DNA from: Malacoraja senta
Lineage: Eukaryota
Length of the DNA: 64,000 nt
Assembly: GCA_038087875.1 (NCBI GenBank)
Contig: CM075992.1
Coordinates: 4,528,001 to 4,592,000, forward strand
Direction of reading: 5' to 3'
Positions 53,201 to 63,579 of the stretch are shown here, piece after piece. Made by a program: the position numbers and the translations under genes. Within the stretch, counting starts at the first letter, position 1; each line of letters starts with the position of its first letter. The notes below the pieces were generated by a model. That model did not search any database. It had not been told where the DNA came from and saw nothing but the letters and a program-made list of their open reading frames with translations.

Positions 53201-56200
53201 ACATTAGTGACCAGCACTTACTTTTAGTAATCCTTGTCCATGCCCCTTTACCTGTACAGTAAACTTTCAAAGGCATTAAACTGAAATAAAATATAGGTTA
53301 GACATTAGTCTCATCAAGTAAAAATACAATGAAACAGAACTCAGATAAGATTACTAGGGTTTGTGCACCAATACCTTTACTATATGACATACTAACATTT
53401 TATGCTGTCACATTCTGATAAAGGACAAACAGGCATGGAGGTTCCTTGTTCTCAGAATGTGATTGACAAGATGAGAAAGGGAGGGAGTTCTTGTTGTGCA
53501 GTACTGTTGTCCTTCCAACAGTGGGATTTGCTTTACCTAAACTCCCTGCCAGGATCAAATAATGAATTTCTTCCTGTGGCCAATGCATGGAGCAATAGTG
53601 ATAAAGGTACAGATGCACCTTGATGTTTTGGATGTTTACTACTGGATCTTTTTTAAGGCAGTTAAATAGACTAACAATATGCAAGCTTTTGCAAACTTTG
53701 TCCATTAGCTAACAAGGTTGGACTCCAGATTACACCCATGCTCCCTGTGCCCCAGTAGGGTGCTTAAAAGTGACTGAGCAGGAAATATAATGGACACAGT
53801 TGGAAAATACATCATTAAATATCTCTCAGCAAATTTAGTTTAAAGTTTCAGTCTGTTTTTTTTTACAAACCCCAAAGAGGTTAGTGAAGTAATAGCCAAC
53901 AGCATTTGGAACCAACCACTTTTCCAGACACAGCATCATCAAAAAGCAAGGTTGAAGCTTAGCAGACACTTTGGGCTACTTTTTTCTGTGCTTTCACTCA
54001 GCCCCTTGCAAATCTCCAAATGCCTTCCCCATTCACACCCATCCAAGAGTCTCAATTTCCTCCATGCTGTTCTTGCTTCCAATAAGAGGATGAAATACTT
54101 AAGAATTGTCCTTTGATCACTGACCTGCATATAATTCTCTGATTGTACCACTGAATCTGTGAAATTTTACAGAGTAAAACTTAACCTGAAGCAAATTATC
54201 AACTAAGGGATTCAAGCACTAAAAGTCCTGAAGATGCAAGGAAGTGCTGATGCTGGTTTAATAAAAGGATAAAGTGCTGGAGTAAACACAGTGGGTCTGG
54301 CAGCATCTCTGGAGAACATGGATGGTTGACGTTTCGGGTCAGGACCCTTCCTCAGAGTGATTGTGGTGAGGACGGGGTGGTGGGAGAAAGTTGGGGCACG
54401 ACAAGGCCAGAGATGAAAAGATAAAAGGTGTGAGATTAAGTTAGACGAGGTACAAATTGTGAAGCCAGAGGAAGGAATATAGGTGGAAGGTTGGCAGATG
54501 GGGACAAATGGGTTCAAGTCTAGGTGGGGCACAGGGAATAGTGGGAGAAAGGGGATTTGTTTGTAGGTTAGTTACCTAAAATGAGAGAATCTAATGATCA
54601 TACCATTATATTATATGCCTACAAAAGTGGAATATGAGGTGCTGTTCCTCCAGTTTATGTGTGGCCTCATGTTGGTAATGGAGGAAACCTAGGTCAGTAT
54701 GGGATGGAGAGTTAAAATGCTTAGCATCCAGCAGGCCTAGTTGGAAAGATCATAAATGTTCCGTGAAACAGTCGCCGAGTCTAAAGTCTCACTGATATAA
54801 AGTAGGACACACCGGGTACACCAAAAGTGGTTTCTCATTTGACTCCTCTCACTTTCTGCAAATTACAAAGAAAGCAACAGATGGGACATTCCGGCAAGCA
54901 GGCCTGACGTGCCCGATGCGGTTAGGCAGAGGAGGACTCATCTGCCGTGAACCAATGGAGGATCCGACCGGTAGGCGGCTCACCCGCCGTGGTCTCGGGC
55001 AGGTCTCAGTGTTGCAGTTGAATAAAGGGGACTATGGGGCCATGAGGGAGGAGCTGGCCAAAGTTGACTGGAAAGATACACTAGCTGGATGTCAGTGGAA
55101 CAAAAATGGCAGGTGTTTCTAGGAATAATACAGAAGGTGCAGGATCAGTTCATTCCTAGGAGGAAGAAAGATTCCAAGGGGAGAAAGGGACGACCATGGC
55201 TGACAAGGGACGTCAGGGACAGTATAAAAATTAAAGCGAAGAAGTACAACGTAGCAAAGATGAGCGGAAGCAAGAGGATTGGGTAATGTTTAAAGAACAA
55301 CAGAAGATAACCAAAAAGACAATACGGGGAGAAAAGATGAGGTATGAAGGTAAGCTAGCCAAGAATATAAAGCAGGATAGTAAAAGCTTCTTTAGGTATG
55401 TGAAAGAGGAAAAAATTAGTTAAGACCAAAGTTGGACCCTTGAACACCGAAAAAGGTGAATTTATTATGGGGAACAAGGAAATGGCAGATGAGTTGAACA
55501 GGTACTTTGGATCTGCCTTCACTAAGGAGGACACAAACATTCTTCCTGATATAGCAGTGGCCAGAGGATCTGGGGTGACGGAGGAACTGAAGGAAATCCA
55601 CATTAGGCAGGAATGGTGTTGGATAGACTGATGGGACTGAAGGATGATAAATCCCCAGAGTCTGATGGTCTGCATCCCAGGGTACTTAAGGAAGTGGTTC
55701 TAGAATTCGTGGATGCACTGGTGATAATTTTCCAATGTTCTATTGACTCAGGATCCATTCCTGTGGATTGGAGGGTAGCTAATGTTATCCCACTTTTTAA
55801 GAAAGGCGGGAGAGAGAAAACGGGGAATTATAGATCAGTTAGCCCTGACACGGTGGTGGGGAAGATGCTGGAGTCAATTATAAAAGATGAGATAGCCGAA
55901 CATTTGGATAGCAGTAACAGGATCGGTCCGAGTCAGCATGGATTTATGAAGGGGAAATCATGCTTGACTAATATTCTGGAATTTTTTTGAAGATGTAACA
56001 AGGAAAATGGACAAAGGAGAGCCAGTGGATGTAGTGTACCTGGACTTTCAGAAAGCATTTGATAAGGTCCCACATAGGAGGTTAGTGGGCAAAATTAGGG
56101 CACATGGTATTGGGGTAGAGTGCTGTCATGGATAGAGAAGTGGTTGGCAGACAGGAAACAAAGAGTAGGGATTAACTGGTCCCTTTCAGAATGGCAGGCA

Positions 56201-59200
56201 GTGACTAGTGGGGTACAGCAAGGCTCAGTGCTGAGACAGCAGCTATTTACAATATACATCAATGATTTGGATGAAGGGATTCAAAGTAACATTAGCAAAT
56301 TTGCAGATGACACAAAGCTGGGTGGCAGTGTGAACTGTGAAGAGGATGCTATGAGAGTGCAGGGTGACTTGGATAGGTTGGGGGAGTGGGCAGTTGCATG
56401 GCAGATGAAGTTTAATGCGGATAAATGTGAGGTTATCCAGTTTGGTAACAAAAACAGGATGGCAGATTACTAAATGGCGTCAAGTTGGGAAAAGGGGAAG
56501 TACAACGGGATCTTGGGGTCCTTGTACATCAGTCTATGAAAGTAAGCATGCAAGGTACAGCAGGCAGTGAAGAAAGTGAATGGCATGTTGGCCTTTATAA
56601 CAAGAGGAATCGAATATAGGAGCAAAGAGGTCCTTCTGCAGTTGTACAGAGCCCTAGTGAGACCACACCTGGAGTATTGTGTACAGTTTTAGTCCCCTAA
56701 TTTGAGGAAGGACATTCTTGCTATTGAGGGAGTGCAGCGTAGGTTTACAAGGTTAATTCCGAGACTGTCATATGCTGAGAGAATGGAGCAGCTGGGCTTG
56801 TACACTCTGGAGTTTAGAAGGTTGAGAGGGAGATCTCATTGAAACATATAAGATTGTTAAGGGTTTGGTTACGGCTAGAGGCAGGAAGCATGTTCCCGAT
56901 ATTGGGGGAGACCAGAACTAGGGCCACAGTTTAAGAATAAGGAGAAAGCCATTTAGAACGGAGACGAGGAAACACTTTTCTCACAGAGAGTGGTGAGTCT
57001 GTGGAATTCTCTGCTCAGAGGGCGGTGGAGGCGGTTTTCTGGATGCCTTCAAGAGAGAGCTAGATAGGGCTCTTAAAAAATAGCGGTGTCAGAGGATATG
57101 GGGAGAAGGCAGGAACGGGGTACTGATTGGGGATGATCAGCCATGATCACATTGAATGGCGGCAGAATGGCCTACTCCTGCACCTATTGTCTATTGACTG
57201 CAAACCCATCCAAAGACTGTGTCCACTCGAAGGCTCACAGACGTTGGAAACTCACTCGAAGGCTGTTTGGAGTTTGCCCGAAGGGTCACGGTCGGCGGGA
57301 ACTTGCCTGAAGCCTTGCAGTTGATGGGATCTGAAACCCGCCTGAATGCTTGGCAGACATTGTAACCGAGATGGAGCTGGAGAAGTCGTGTGGAGCAAGG
57401 ACCGATAGGAGAGTGCATGGGGTAATGCCTCCAGTGCTTTCAAGGTCAGCTGCAAGAGGCACCCCCGGGACACAAAGATGGCCGATCAAGGAGAGAAGAG
57501 GAGAGGGATGTCAGTTCGCGGCACTGCTCCAGTACATCGAGTGCACGGACCGACCGGACTTTGAATCATGGCGCCAACCATGGTAACGCCTGCATGTGTA
57601 ATATAAGCAAAATAAAATTCACTGTGCAGTTGCATACGTGACAAATAAAGCACTATGACAATTGGATAAGCTATAGCCAGGGGTACTCGAGTGGTTTCCA
57701 GCTATGGCTGCCTTTTTCTTAGTTACAAAAACAGTCCTTGTTCCAGACATACACTGGCACCATCCCCCATCACTTCCTCTGCTACATTGATGATTGCATC
57801 GAGGCTACTTCCTGCACTTGTGAACATCCCCTTAGAAAATAACGTTATGAAAGGGATGTTATAGAAAAAGACATTACAAATGATCAAGAATGAGTAAATG
57901 GGAATAAACACGTAAATCCTCTGGAGAATATAAACAAACCGTTTTTGATTTTGCGAGATATATATTTTGTGGACGAATTGCCCATTGATGAGTATATTGC
58001 TTGCTGGGAATAGATAGATCAATATCCAATTCAGACTTCTTGATAGGAGGAACATCAGTCAGATACGTGGCCATTGCTTGAAGCGCAACCATCGTTGCCT
58101 GGAAAGCAAAATGTTCTTGTTGAATATATTTGCTGAAAGTTCAGACTAAATATCCATGTTCACTAAAACTTGCGTGGAGTAGCAATATATCGAGAGTCTT
58201 ACTGCATGGAAAAAGCCCTTCAGCCCAATGTGTTAATGTCGACCATGATGCCCATTCATAAAGTCCAATTTGCCTGCTTTTGGATCATATTCCCCTATCC
58301 AAGTGCTGTCCATTTCAATGCTGTTATTGTACATGCCTCAATTACTTCTTCTGGCAGTTTGTTCCATTTACCCACTACCCTGAGTAAAAATATTGCTCCT
58401 CAGGTGTGTATTGAGGTTTGCCTCTATCAACTTAAACATATGTCCTCTTGGGTATAAATAATCTATCCATTCACTATCTATTCCAATACTGATTTTATAC
58501 GCCTCTAAGATTATCACCAATAAAACACAAATTCGTTTTTTTGAGTTTCCACCAAAACACACAAACGAATGAGAGGTTTGAAAAATGTTCCAGAAAGAGC
58601 AGTGACATTCCCAAATTGGGAAAGACTCAAATTAAAATTTTACAAAAATGCTGAGTACAAATCTGGGACCTCAAAAGTAATTATGTTATACTTACTTTGA
58701 ACTTTGACACATCTCCTAGGTTCAGGCATTGTTATATAGACCCTGCTAAGTGCAGTAAACTTCCAATAAATTGTTATTCTACTATTTGGAAATCGCGCTG
58801 GTCTGTCCAGCTCACGGGGTAATATTTCCTATGCTCCACGTCCAATCACGGGCTCTGGATCCTGTTCATTCATCGAGTCTGGGTTCCTGTAATTCCCTTG
58901 AAACTTGCTAGATTCTATTTCTCACACTCCCTTCAAACTTCAGGTACACTGGAAAATGTATTATTCAACCTGTTTAACATTAGTGTACTAAAGGTACGCT
59001 GGAATAAAGTCCAAAGTGCAGAAAATATGCTCATCCACCCCCCAAAGTCAAAGGTATGCTGCATTGAGGGAGTTTTACTATGTTTCTCTAAGAAGACCAA
59101 AAGATGTGTCAAAATGCATTTTAAACAGATGTATTCCTTTTGCAATTGTTATTTTCTAGTTTGTCTGGGCAGGTGCACATTGTACATGAGATGTCCAGAC

Positions 59201-62200
59201 AACTACTATATTAATGATGTGCAAAATACATTTAATGTGCAGTTGTACTACCTGTGTAGAGCTGTAGCCTCCTCCATATTCACTCCGTTTCGACAGCCAT
59301 CTCACTAATTTACCAGCTTCGTCATACTGCTTCAGCTGCAAGAGGAATAAAAGTGCATATCCCGTGGCTTCAATGGTGTATAGAGAGTTAGCATCTCCGC
59401 CTACTGGCCAGTGTGATTGGTCTAAAATGATGCCAGAGAAAAATAGTAATTAGTGAAAAATGTGAAAATTAACTGCAGCATCTATTTCAAAGCAGATATC
59501 ACAGTTTCTTGTAGAAACAAGGAAATGCACATGCTGGTTTACTAAAAGGGCACAAAATGCTGGAGTTACTCAGCGGGTCAGGCAACATCTCTGAAGAGCA
59601 TGGATTGATGATATCTTGGATTGGGACCATTCAGACTGATTGTAAGGAGTATCTGGAAGAGAGGGAGAGGACAAAGCCTGGCAGGTAATAGGGTAAAATA
59701 TACAAAATGCTGAAGTAACTCAGCGGTGGAGACGGGAAAATATGATTAGTGGTGGGATCACATTAGAAGTGCTGGAAATGTCAGAGGATGATGTGTTGGA
59801 TGCGGGGGCTCGTGGGGTTAGAGGCAAGGACGAGGGGAACTCTACCCTTGTTCTGTCTGGGGGTGGGGGAAAGAATGAGAGCAGAATTACGGGACACAGA
59901 GGAGACGTGGGTAAGGGTTCCATCTATGACAGAAGTGGGAGGAGGCACATTTACTAAAGGAGGACATCAGAGTTGGGGCACAAGAACTAATCAGACTTAC
60001 CTGGTGAAGCAAATTTCATCACAATTTTCTTCTTGTCCACACCCTTTAGTGAAAGGGCATAAGCTGAAAGTACTGCACCGTAGGATCCCTGAAGGCCTTC
60101 TATGTTGCTCTCCAGGTAACTTACTGCTTTCTTGATAGTGTTCTCATATCTCTAAAATGATATTTGCATTAAATAGCTCTGGTCATACACTTATCCCAAT
60201 CCCGTATTTAACCACGGAAGTTCTCCACTTGATTTTGCACCTTGATGCACTGTCCAATTCCACCCATATGTCCAAACTTGAACTTTAGAGAATTAACATG
60301 ATCCAGTTAGCGAATTCAGACTTCGTCTTAGATGTTAATGGGACGATCTGTATTTGTGCATATTTGTTGATGGAACTAAATTTGAGTTTTGCCACAAAAC
60401 AAAATAGAAATCCAAATGTAATCTGAAGTAACCAAGTCTCCCAAACACAATTAAACTGTCTTTCACAGCTCATCATTTTGCAACTTTGATTTGCTGTCAT
60501 GCAATGATTAACTTAATACTGGATTTGGTCTTATTAATTGAGAGAAAATCTTGACCAACACTTTCCTGCTCCTCTGAAATAATGAATCCACCAGATACCT
60601 TACATTGTAAAATGAAAATGATTTACCGTAACATGTTGTGAACAAGCACTTTGAGCTTCAATTATTGCAATCAGCACAAATGCAGTTAACGGTGCATGGG
60701 TGGTTTCCTTTCCAAGTCCTCCCTTAAGTAAATGAATACACATGAAAAATACTCATGATTAAAACAATGCCTGAAATATGTCAAATAACAAATTTAATTA
60801 AACCGGTGATTTCATTGTGTTCAACAATCAATGGCCAAAATAAATCTCAAAGAAAACTGTCAATTGTCCCGTCAATGTCTGTTGTTGATGATGATTTTTG
60901 CAAGTAATGAAACTACAAACTGTAAAATGGGTTATAGCATTCAATTTACATTCAATTTTGGATGGACATTAAATGTTCTCATCTTGTGAATGAATAACAG
61001 GAATAAATCACCTTTGTTGCTGAAATTTCCTTTGTAATTCATCAAACCTTTAATTTTGAACGTCTTTCAAAGTTTGTTTACTTTTTCCTTTATCTTTTTT
61101 AAATGTCTTCATGTTGAACCACCTCCTCAATCACATGTTTCCCTCTCACCTATCTATTCCTTTGTCTCTACAAATGTTTATATTCTTGTACTTCTCAGAA
61201 CCCTATTCCCCAAATCCCATCATTTCTAAAATTCTCTCCATATTCCTCTCTCTATTTCCAACCTTCATCTACACATTCTTCACAAGATGTACTTCAGTTC
61301 TGCGCATATATGCATTATATTGCTTCTTATTTAAAATAATTCTGTTAATCCAATGCAAGTGCAAGTTCAATGCAAATTTCGATATTCAATCCCTCAAAAT
61401 ATTGAAATTTCAAATTTGCAAACCACACTTAAATTAAATTCTCATTGTATCTGTAATCTAAGATGGCCACTTCATTAGCTCAAATTGTATTTCATTCATT
61501 CATGAGATGTGGGTGTCTGGAAAGATCTACATTAATTGCCTATTTTGATTGTCCTCAACCGAGTGTCTGGTTCAGTAGTTAAAACTCAATCACATTGTTG
61601 TGGGACTGAAATCACCTTCAGCACATAGGGGGCAGCACAGTTTTTTTATCCTAGGAGGACCAGATATGTTTATAACTATGTGCTCTCATGGTCAGCATTG
61701 TTGCAATTAGCTTTTTATTTTATGTAATTAAATCAAATCTGGATTTTTAAAAAAGATGGGATCTGATCACAAAAAGATGGGATGGCTATTTACAGCCATC
61801 CAACGTGCTAATGTTTTCTGGGGAAGAAAGAATAGCCTCTACCTCTTCTGTCCTGAATGTATCCCCAGATCACAGTGATGTGCTCAACTCATACCCTCTG
61901 AAATGGGCCAGTACCTCATTTGGTTCAAGAGATCTTAACAACTGTCAACAAAGGCAGATGACCTGGGGCTGTCTGCTTTCTGTGAACAAAAAAATGGAAA
62001 ACTGTCCCACTTGTCAATGAATTTCCAGAGTCTTGCTGGTATGAATATCCTCTGCTTGTGTTGTCCTATATGATAATTACATTTTTCTATGCAACCAAAA
62101 CAAATGTTACTTACCATAATGCTTTGGTCATGTACTGCATAGTCTTCCACAAAGTGACCATCAGGTTTCTGTTTGTTTAATATCAGCCACTTCACAGCTC

Positions 62201-62274
62201 CACACAGTACACTTCGGTCAATTGTGATCAGGTTACGTGCCATTGCAAATACCTTAACCACATAGGCAGTCAAC
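15888..62274 (-). CDS. C3: Complement C3 (spliced; 3' part: TED C-terminal half, CUB, MG8, anchor, C345C); 16 exons equivalent to human exons 26-41; 5' part including the thioester GCGEQ exon lies beyond the window end
   Basis: Hand-translated exons give C3 motifs [65 protein letters not shown] and a C-terminal FECDN*. Exon lengths and phases match recalled human C3 structure. No C4-type alpha-gamma insert is seen in the exon 32-33 equivalents. Confidence 0.95.
17130..18290 (+). mobile_element. Old degraded CR1 LINE interrupted by a SINE
   Basis: Residual nucleotide similarity to RT 3' half (aattttgcagagggcacaaaaattggtg; catttggaatattatgtacaattctg). Confidence 0.65.
17785..18060 (-). mobile_element. 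V-SINE/HE1-like SINE; fragments also at ~4440-4540, 6165-6325, 6475-6665 and 31115-31255
   Basis: Reverse complement of the same family. Confidence 0.8.
19503..19638 (-). CDS. C3: C3 exon 40-equivalent (136 nt): (G)[44 protein letters not shown](R)
   Basis: GTD and YLIMG..SDLW motifs, AG/GTAAG flanks. Confidence 0.94.
21009..21092 (-). CDS. C3: C3 exon 39-equivalent (84 nt): (V)[27 protein letters not shown]
   Basis: VYK...Y.M.I...IK.G pattern, AG/GTGAGT flanks. Confidence 0.92.
22537..22617 (-). CDS. C3: C3 exon 38-equivalent (81 nt): (G)[26 protein letters not shown]
   Basis: C.PG.DY motif, AG/GT flanks, phase 1/1. Confidence 0.9.
23004..23817 (+). mobile_element. Rex1/Babar-clade LINE 3' fragment with open C-terminal ORF and (CTTA)n tail
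   Basis: [57 protein letters not shown] followed by (CTTA)n. Confidence 0.92.
23845..25288 (-). mobile_element. CR1-clade LINE, 5'-truncated, uninterrupted 427-aa RT/C-terminal ORF (young copy)
   Basis: ORF 23939-25222 with [21 protein letters not shown] and FADD motifs; 3' tail at ~23850. Confidence 0.96.
26160..26555. repeat. 48-bp minisatellite A (TTGAAATGGTATGAAACTGCACTTGAATTTGGTGGCCTTGCACCCTGC), ~8 units; inverted copy at ~41595-41885
   Basis: Direct tandem repeat. Confidence 0.95.
27943..28245 (-). mobile_element. V-SINE/HE1-like SINE
   Basis: Reverse complement of the same family with A and B boxes. Confidence 0.85.
28638..28727 (-). CDS. C3: C3 exon 37-equivalent (90 nt): (T)[29 protein letters not shown]
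   Basis: CTKFY and CRCAE motifs, AG/GTAAG flanks. Confidence 0.96.
29137..29242 (-). CDS. C3: C3 exon 36-equivalent (106 nt): [35 protein letters not shown]
   Basis: AFKVHQ and LIQPAAV motifs, AG/GTGAG flanks. Confidence 0.96.
29832..30124 (+). mobile_element. V-SINE/HE1-like SINE
   Basis: Same family as 38531-38826; (CTAAA)-type tail. Confidence 0.85.
30305..30976 (+). mobile_element. CR1 LINE 3' fragment
   Basis: [13 protein letters not shown]; same 3' UTR and tail as other copies. Confidence 0.92.
31385..31750 (+). mobile_element. Degraded Rex1-like LINE 3' fragment
   Basis: Residual KA.Q.FFLR and WFGNCSAQ-like segments. Confidence 0.6.
31815..32642 (+). mobile_element. Unclassified GC-rich non-coding retroposon-like insert with AATAAA and (TGTCCT)n tail
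   Basis: Abrupt GC shift and LINE-type tail caataaatgtccttgtcctttgtcc. Confidence 0.45.
32735..35502 (+). mobile_element. Head-to-tail array of three Helitron-like units (32735-32924, 32925-33965, 33966-35502)
   Basis: A|TCTAACTATTAAA start; junctions CTAG|TGACTATTAAAACTC and CTAG|TATATATTAAAACTC; final CTAG|T. Confidence 0.8.
35998..36086 (-). CDS. C3: C3 exon 35-equivalent, 89 nt as assembled (1-nt frameshift): LK-(N)[27 protein letters not shown]
   Basis: ttccAG/GTAAGA flanks; YIS..E.DKA and LIIYL.K motifs; needs 90 nt for phase 0/0. Confidence 0.9.
36853..36940 (-). CDS. C3: C3 exon 34-equivalent (88 nt): [29 protein letters not shown]
   Basis: [10 protein letters not shown] motif, AG/GT flanks, phase 2/0. 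Confidence 0.95.
38204..38255 (-). CDS. C3: C3 exon 33-equivalent (52 nt): (V)[16 protein letters not shown](R)
   Basis: AG/GTAAGT flanks, phase 1/2. Confidence 0.9.
38378..38484 (+). pseudogene. RNU6: Full-length U6 snRNA processed retrocopy with poly(A) tail (38485-38506) and target-site duplication
   Basis: GTGCTCGCTTCGGCAGCAC...ACAGAGAAGATTAGC...GCGTTCCATATTTTT matches canonical vertebrate U6; ATTACTTTCT at both 38368-38377 and 38510-38519. Confidence 0.95.
38531..38826 (+). mobile_element. tRNA-derived SINE (V-SINE/HE1-like)
   Basis: A box (tggcgcagtgg), B box (ggttcaatc), core tgtatggagtttgtacgttctccc..gcgtgggtttt. Confidence 0.85.
38931..39689. mobile_element. Non-autonomous DNA transposon (MITE), PIF/Harbinger-like
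   Basis: TIRs GGGCTTGTCCCACTT / AAGTGGACAGGCCC; flanked by 3-bp AAA on both sides. Confidence 0.75.
40994..41084 (-). CDS. C3: C3 exon 32-equivalent (91 nt): [30 protein letters not shown]
   Basis: AG/GTGAG flanks, phase 0/1, C..F.L.IT motif. Confidence 0.92.
42269..42983. repeat. 48-bp minisatellite B (AAACAACCATTTGCAGGCAGTGCCTTTTCACTTCAACCCAAACCCCCC), ~15 units
   Basis: Direct tandem repeat; 16-aa periodicity in the ORF track. Confidence 0.97.
42981..47783 (-). mobile_element. Full-length but degenerate DIRS1-like tyrosine-recombinase retrotransposon
   Basis: ITR core 43054-43089 is the reverse complement of 47722-47757; ICR at 43214-43320; remnants of gag, RT, RNase H ([17 protein letters not shown]), methyltransferase-like domain ([10 protein letters not shown]) and YR. 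Confidence 0.92.
47781..48200. repeat. Continuation of 48-bp minisatellite B, ~9 units
   Basis: Same unit resumes in register after the DIRS. Confidence 0.97.
48656..50101 (+). mobile_element. Two tandem Helitron-like units (48656-49218, 49219-50101)
   Basis: A|TCTATATACTATTAAAACTCTG; both end cagacccaacgggtctg-cacttggt-CTAG|T. Confidence 0.82.
50102..50285. repeat. (TA)n/(TG)n/(CA)n microsatellite; others at 3116-3157 (GT), 8286-8318 (GAATT), 48572-48660 (TA/GATA) and 63520-63560 (AAT)
   Basis: Simple repeats. Confidence 0.95.
50400..53068 (+). mobile_element. 5'-truncated DIRS1-like retrotransposon (RT end, RNase H, MT, tyrosine recombinase, ICR, 3' ITR)
   Basis: [49 protein letters not shown]...F..FY; ICR 52743-52854; ends in TTT. 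Confidence 0.93.
53222..53280 (-). CDS. C3: C3 exon 31-equivalent, 59 nt as assembled (1-nt frameshift): [20 protein letters not shown]
   Basis: tttcAG acceptor, GTAAGT donor; FTV..KG.GQG matches C3; needs 60 nt to keep phase 0/0. Confidence 0.88.
54230..54810 (-). mobile_element. Degraded Penelope-like 3' fragment; shorter relatives at ~6045-6160, 9560-9870, 22345-22490, 36530-36680 and 59515-59960
   Basis: Shares gatgctgg...gctggagtaa...gcagcatctct...gacgtttcgggtc tail with the 6.7-7.8 kb copies. Confidence 0.7.
55003..57197 (+). mobile_element. CR1 LINE, 5'-truncated, frameshifted ORF2
   Basis: [28 protein letters not shown] and FADDTKL fragments; 3' tail. Confidence 0.95.
57940..58098 (-). 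CDS. C3: C3 exon 30-equivalent (159 nt): [53 protein letters not shown]
   Basis: ttccAG acceptor, GTTTGT donor, phase 0/0. Confidence 0.92.
59252..59421 (-). CDS. C3: C3 exon 29-equivalent (170 nt): (D)[56 protein letters not shown]
   Basis: EATGYALL and YGGGYSSTQ motifs; AG/GT flanks; phase 1/0. Confidence 0.95.
60001..60151 (-). CDS. C3: C3 exon 28-equivalent (151 nt): [50 protein letters not shown]
   Basis: ttttAG acceptor, GTAAGT donor, phase 0/1, AYAL motif. Confidence 0.92.
60627..60722 (-). CDS. C3: C3 exon 27-equivalent (96 nt): [32 protein letters not shown]
   Basis: AG/GT flanks, phase 0/0, LTAFVLI motif. Confidence 0.93.
62115..62274 (-). CDS. C3: C3 exon 26-equivalent (160 nt): (W)[53 protein letters not shown]
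   Basis: AG acceptor 62275-6, GTAAGT donor 62114-62109; strong similarity to C3d. Confidence 0.96.
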
Positions 62275-62679
62275 CTTCACTTAGAGAAATGCAACATACA
62301 TTCATTCCATTAAAAAAAAAACAGGGTAGAAATTAATCTTTCATACACCCTCACATAAGAACTTCTAGCTATGTGTTTTGAAATTTTACACCAGTAGTGG
62401 AACATAATCTGTTACTGCATTGCCTGTCTTTCCCAGGCACAACTAGACCTAATTACAGCAAGGAAGATAGATATTCTGAAATTAATAATTTAAAAAATAA
62501 TCAAATGAAAGAAACGTTACCCACTGAGACCTTATAGAAACTATTGCAATTGTTAATTCATTTGCGCTACCGTTAGGCAACTGACTTATTTTCAATGGAC
62601 TCTTATTTCCATACTTTTATCCAAATGGGAATAGTTCACAATAGTGAATACATATTTCTAAAACAATTCACAGAGCTAT

Positions 62680-63480
62680 AGAGCTGTACAGCATGGAAGC
62701 AGAGACTTCAGACCAACTCATCCAAGCCATAGAAGACATCTGACTGAGCTAGCCACATTTGCCTAAATCTTGACATTATCCCTCCAATGCTATCCTTTTC
62801 AAGTATCTGTCCAAATTACTTTTAAATGTCATAACTGTATCCGTCCCTGCAACTTCGTTTGGCAGCTCATTCCATATGTGCACCACCCTCACTAGGAAGA
62901 GGTTGTCTCACAGATTCCTTATAAATCTTTCCACTCTCACCTTAATTCGAGTTTTAGAATCCTTCACCTTGGCTAAAATAAAATTGCTGTTCATCTTATT
63001 TATGCTCTCATGATTAATATGCCTCCATAAGCCCATTCCTTGGTCTCCTAGATTCCTTGAAAAAAATGACCCAGCTAATTAGGCCTTTCCTTATAATTAA
63101 ACCGTCCAAACTCATTAACATCCTCGTAAGTAATTGTAAACCCTTTCCGGTTTAATAACATCCTTCATACTCCTAACATGGCCTCGCTAATTTTGAACAG
63201 TTATAACATGGTTTTCCAACATGTGCACTCCGTGCCCTGACCGATGAAGGCAAACTTGTCGAATCTCTTCTTTGCCACCGTCTACCTATGTGGCCACTTT
63301 CAGGGAACAATGTACCTGTGCCCCTCAGTCTCTGTTCTGTAACACTACCCAGTCCCATGCTGTTTACTGCCCTGGTTTGTCTTTGTAAAATGCAATACCT
63401 CATATTTAACTGAGTTAACTACATCTGCCATTCCTCTGTCCATTGACCCAGTTGATCAAGGTCCCATTGTAATCAGAGAT
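62680..63480 (-). mobile_element. Old degraded CR1 LINE 3' fragment
   Basis: Diverged reverse-complement similarity to CR1 3' region. Confidence 0.6.
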
Positions 63481-63579
63481 AACTTTCACTGTTCACATTT
63501 TCTTATTTGAAAATATATAAATAAATAAATATAAATAATAATAATAATAATAATAATAACTAGAAAAAACAAAAAACAA

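Noticed and set aside
15888..62274. C4, C5 or alpha-2-macroglobulin assignment
   Set aside because: C345C domain is present (not A2M); there is no alpha-gamma insert, and the motifs and exon sizes fit C3
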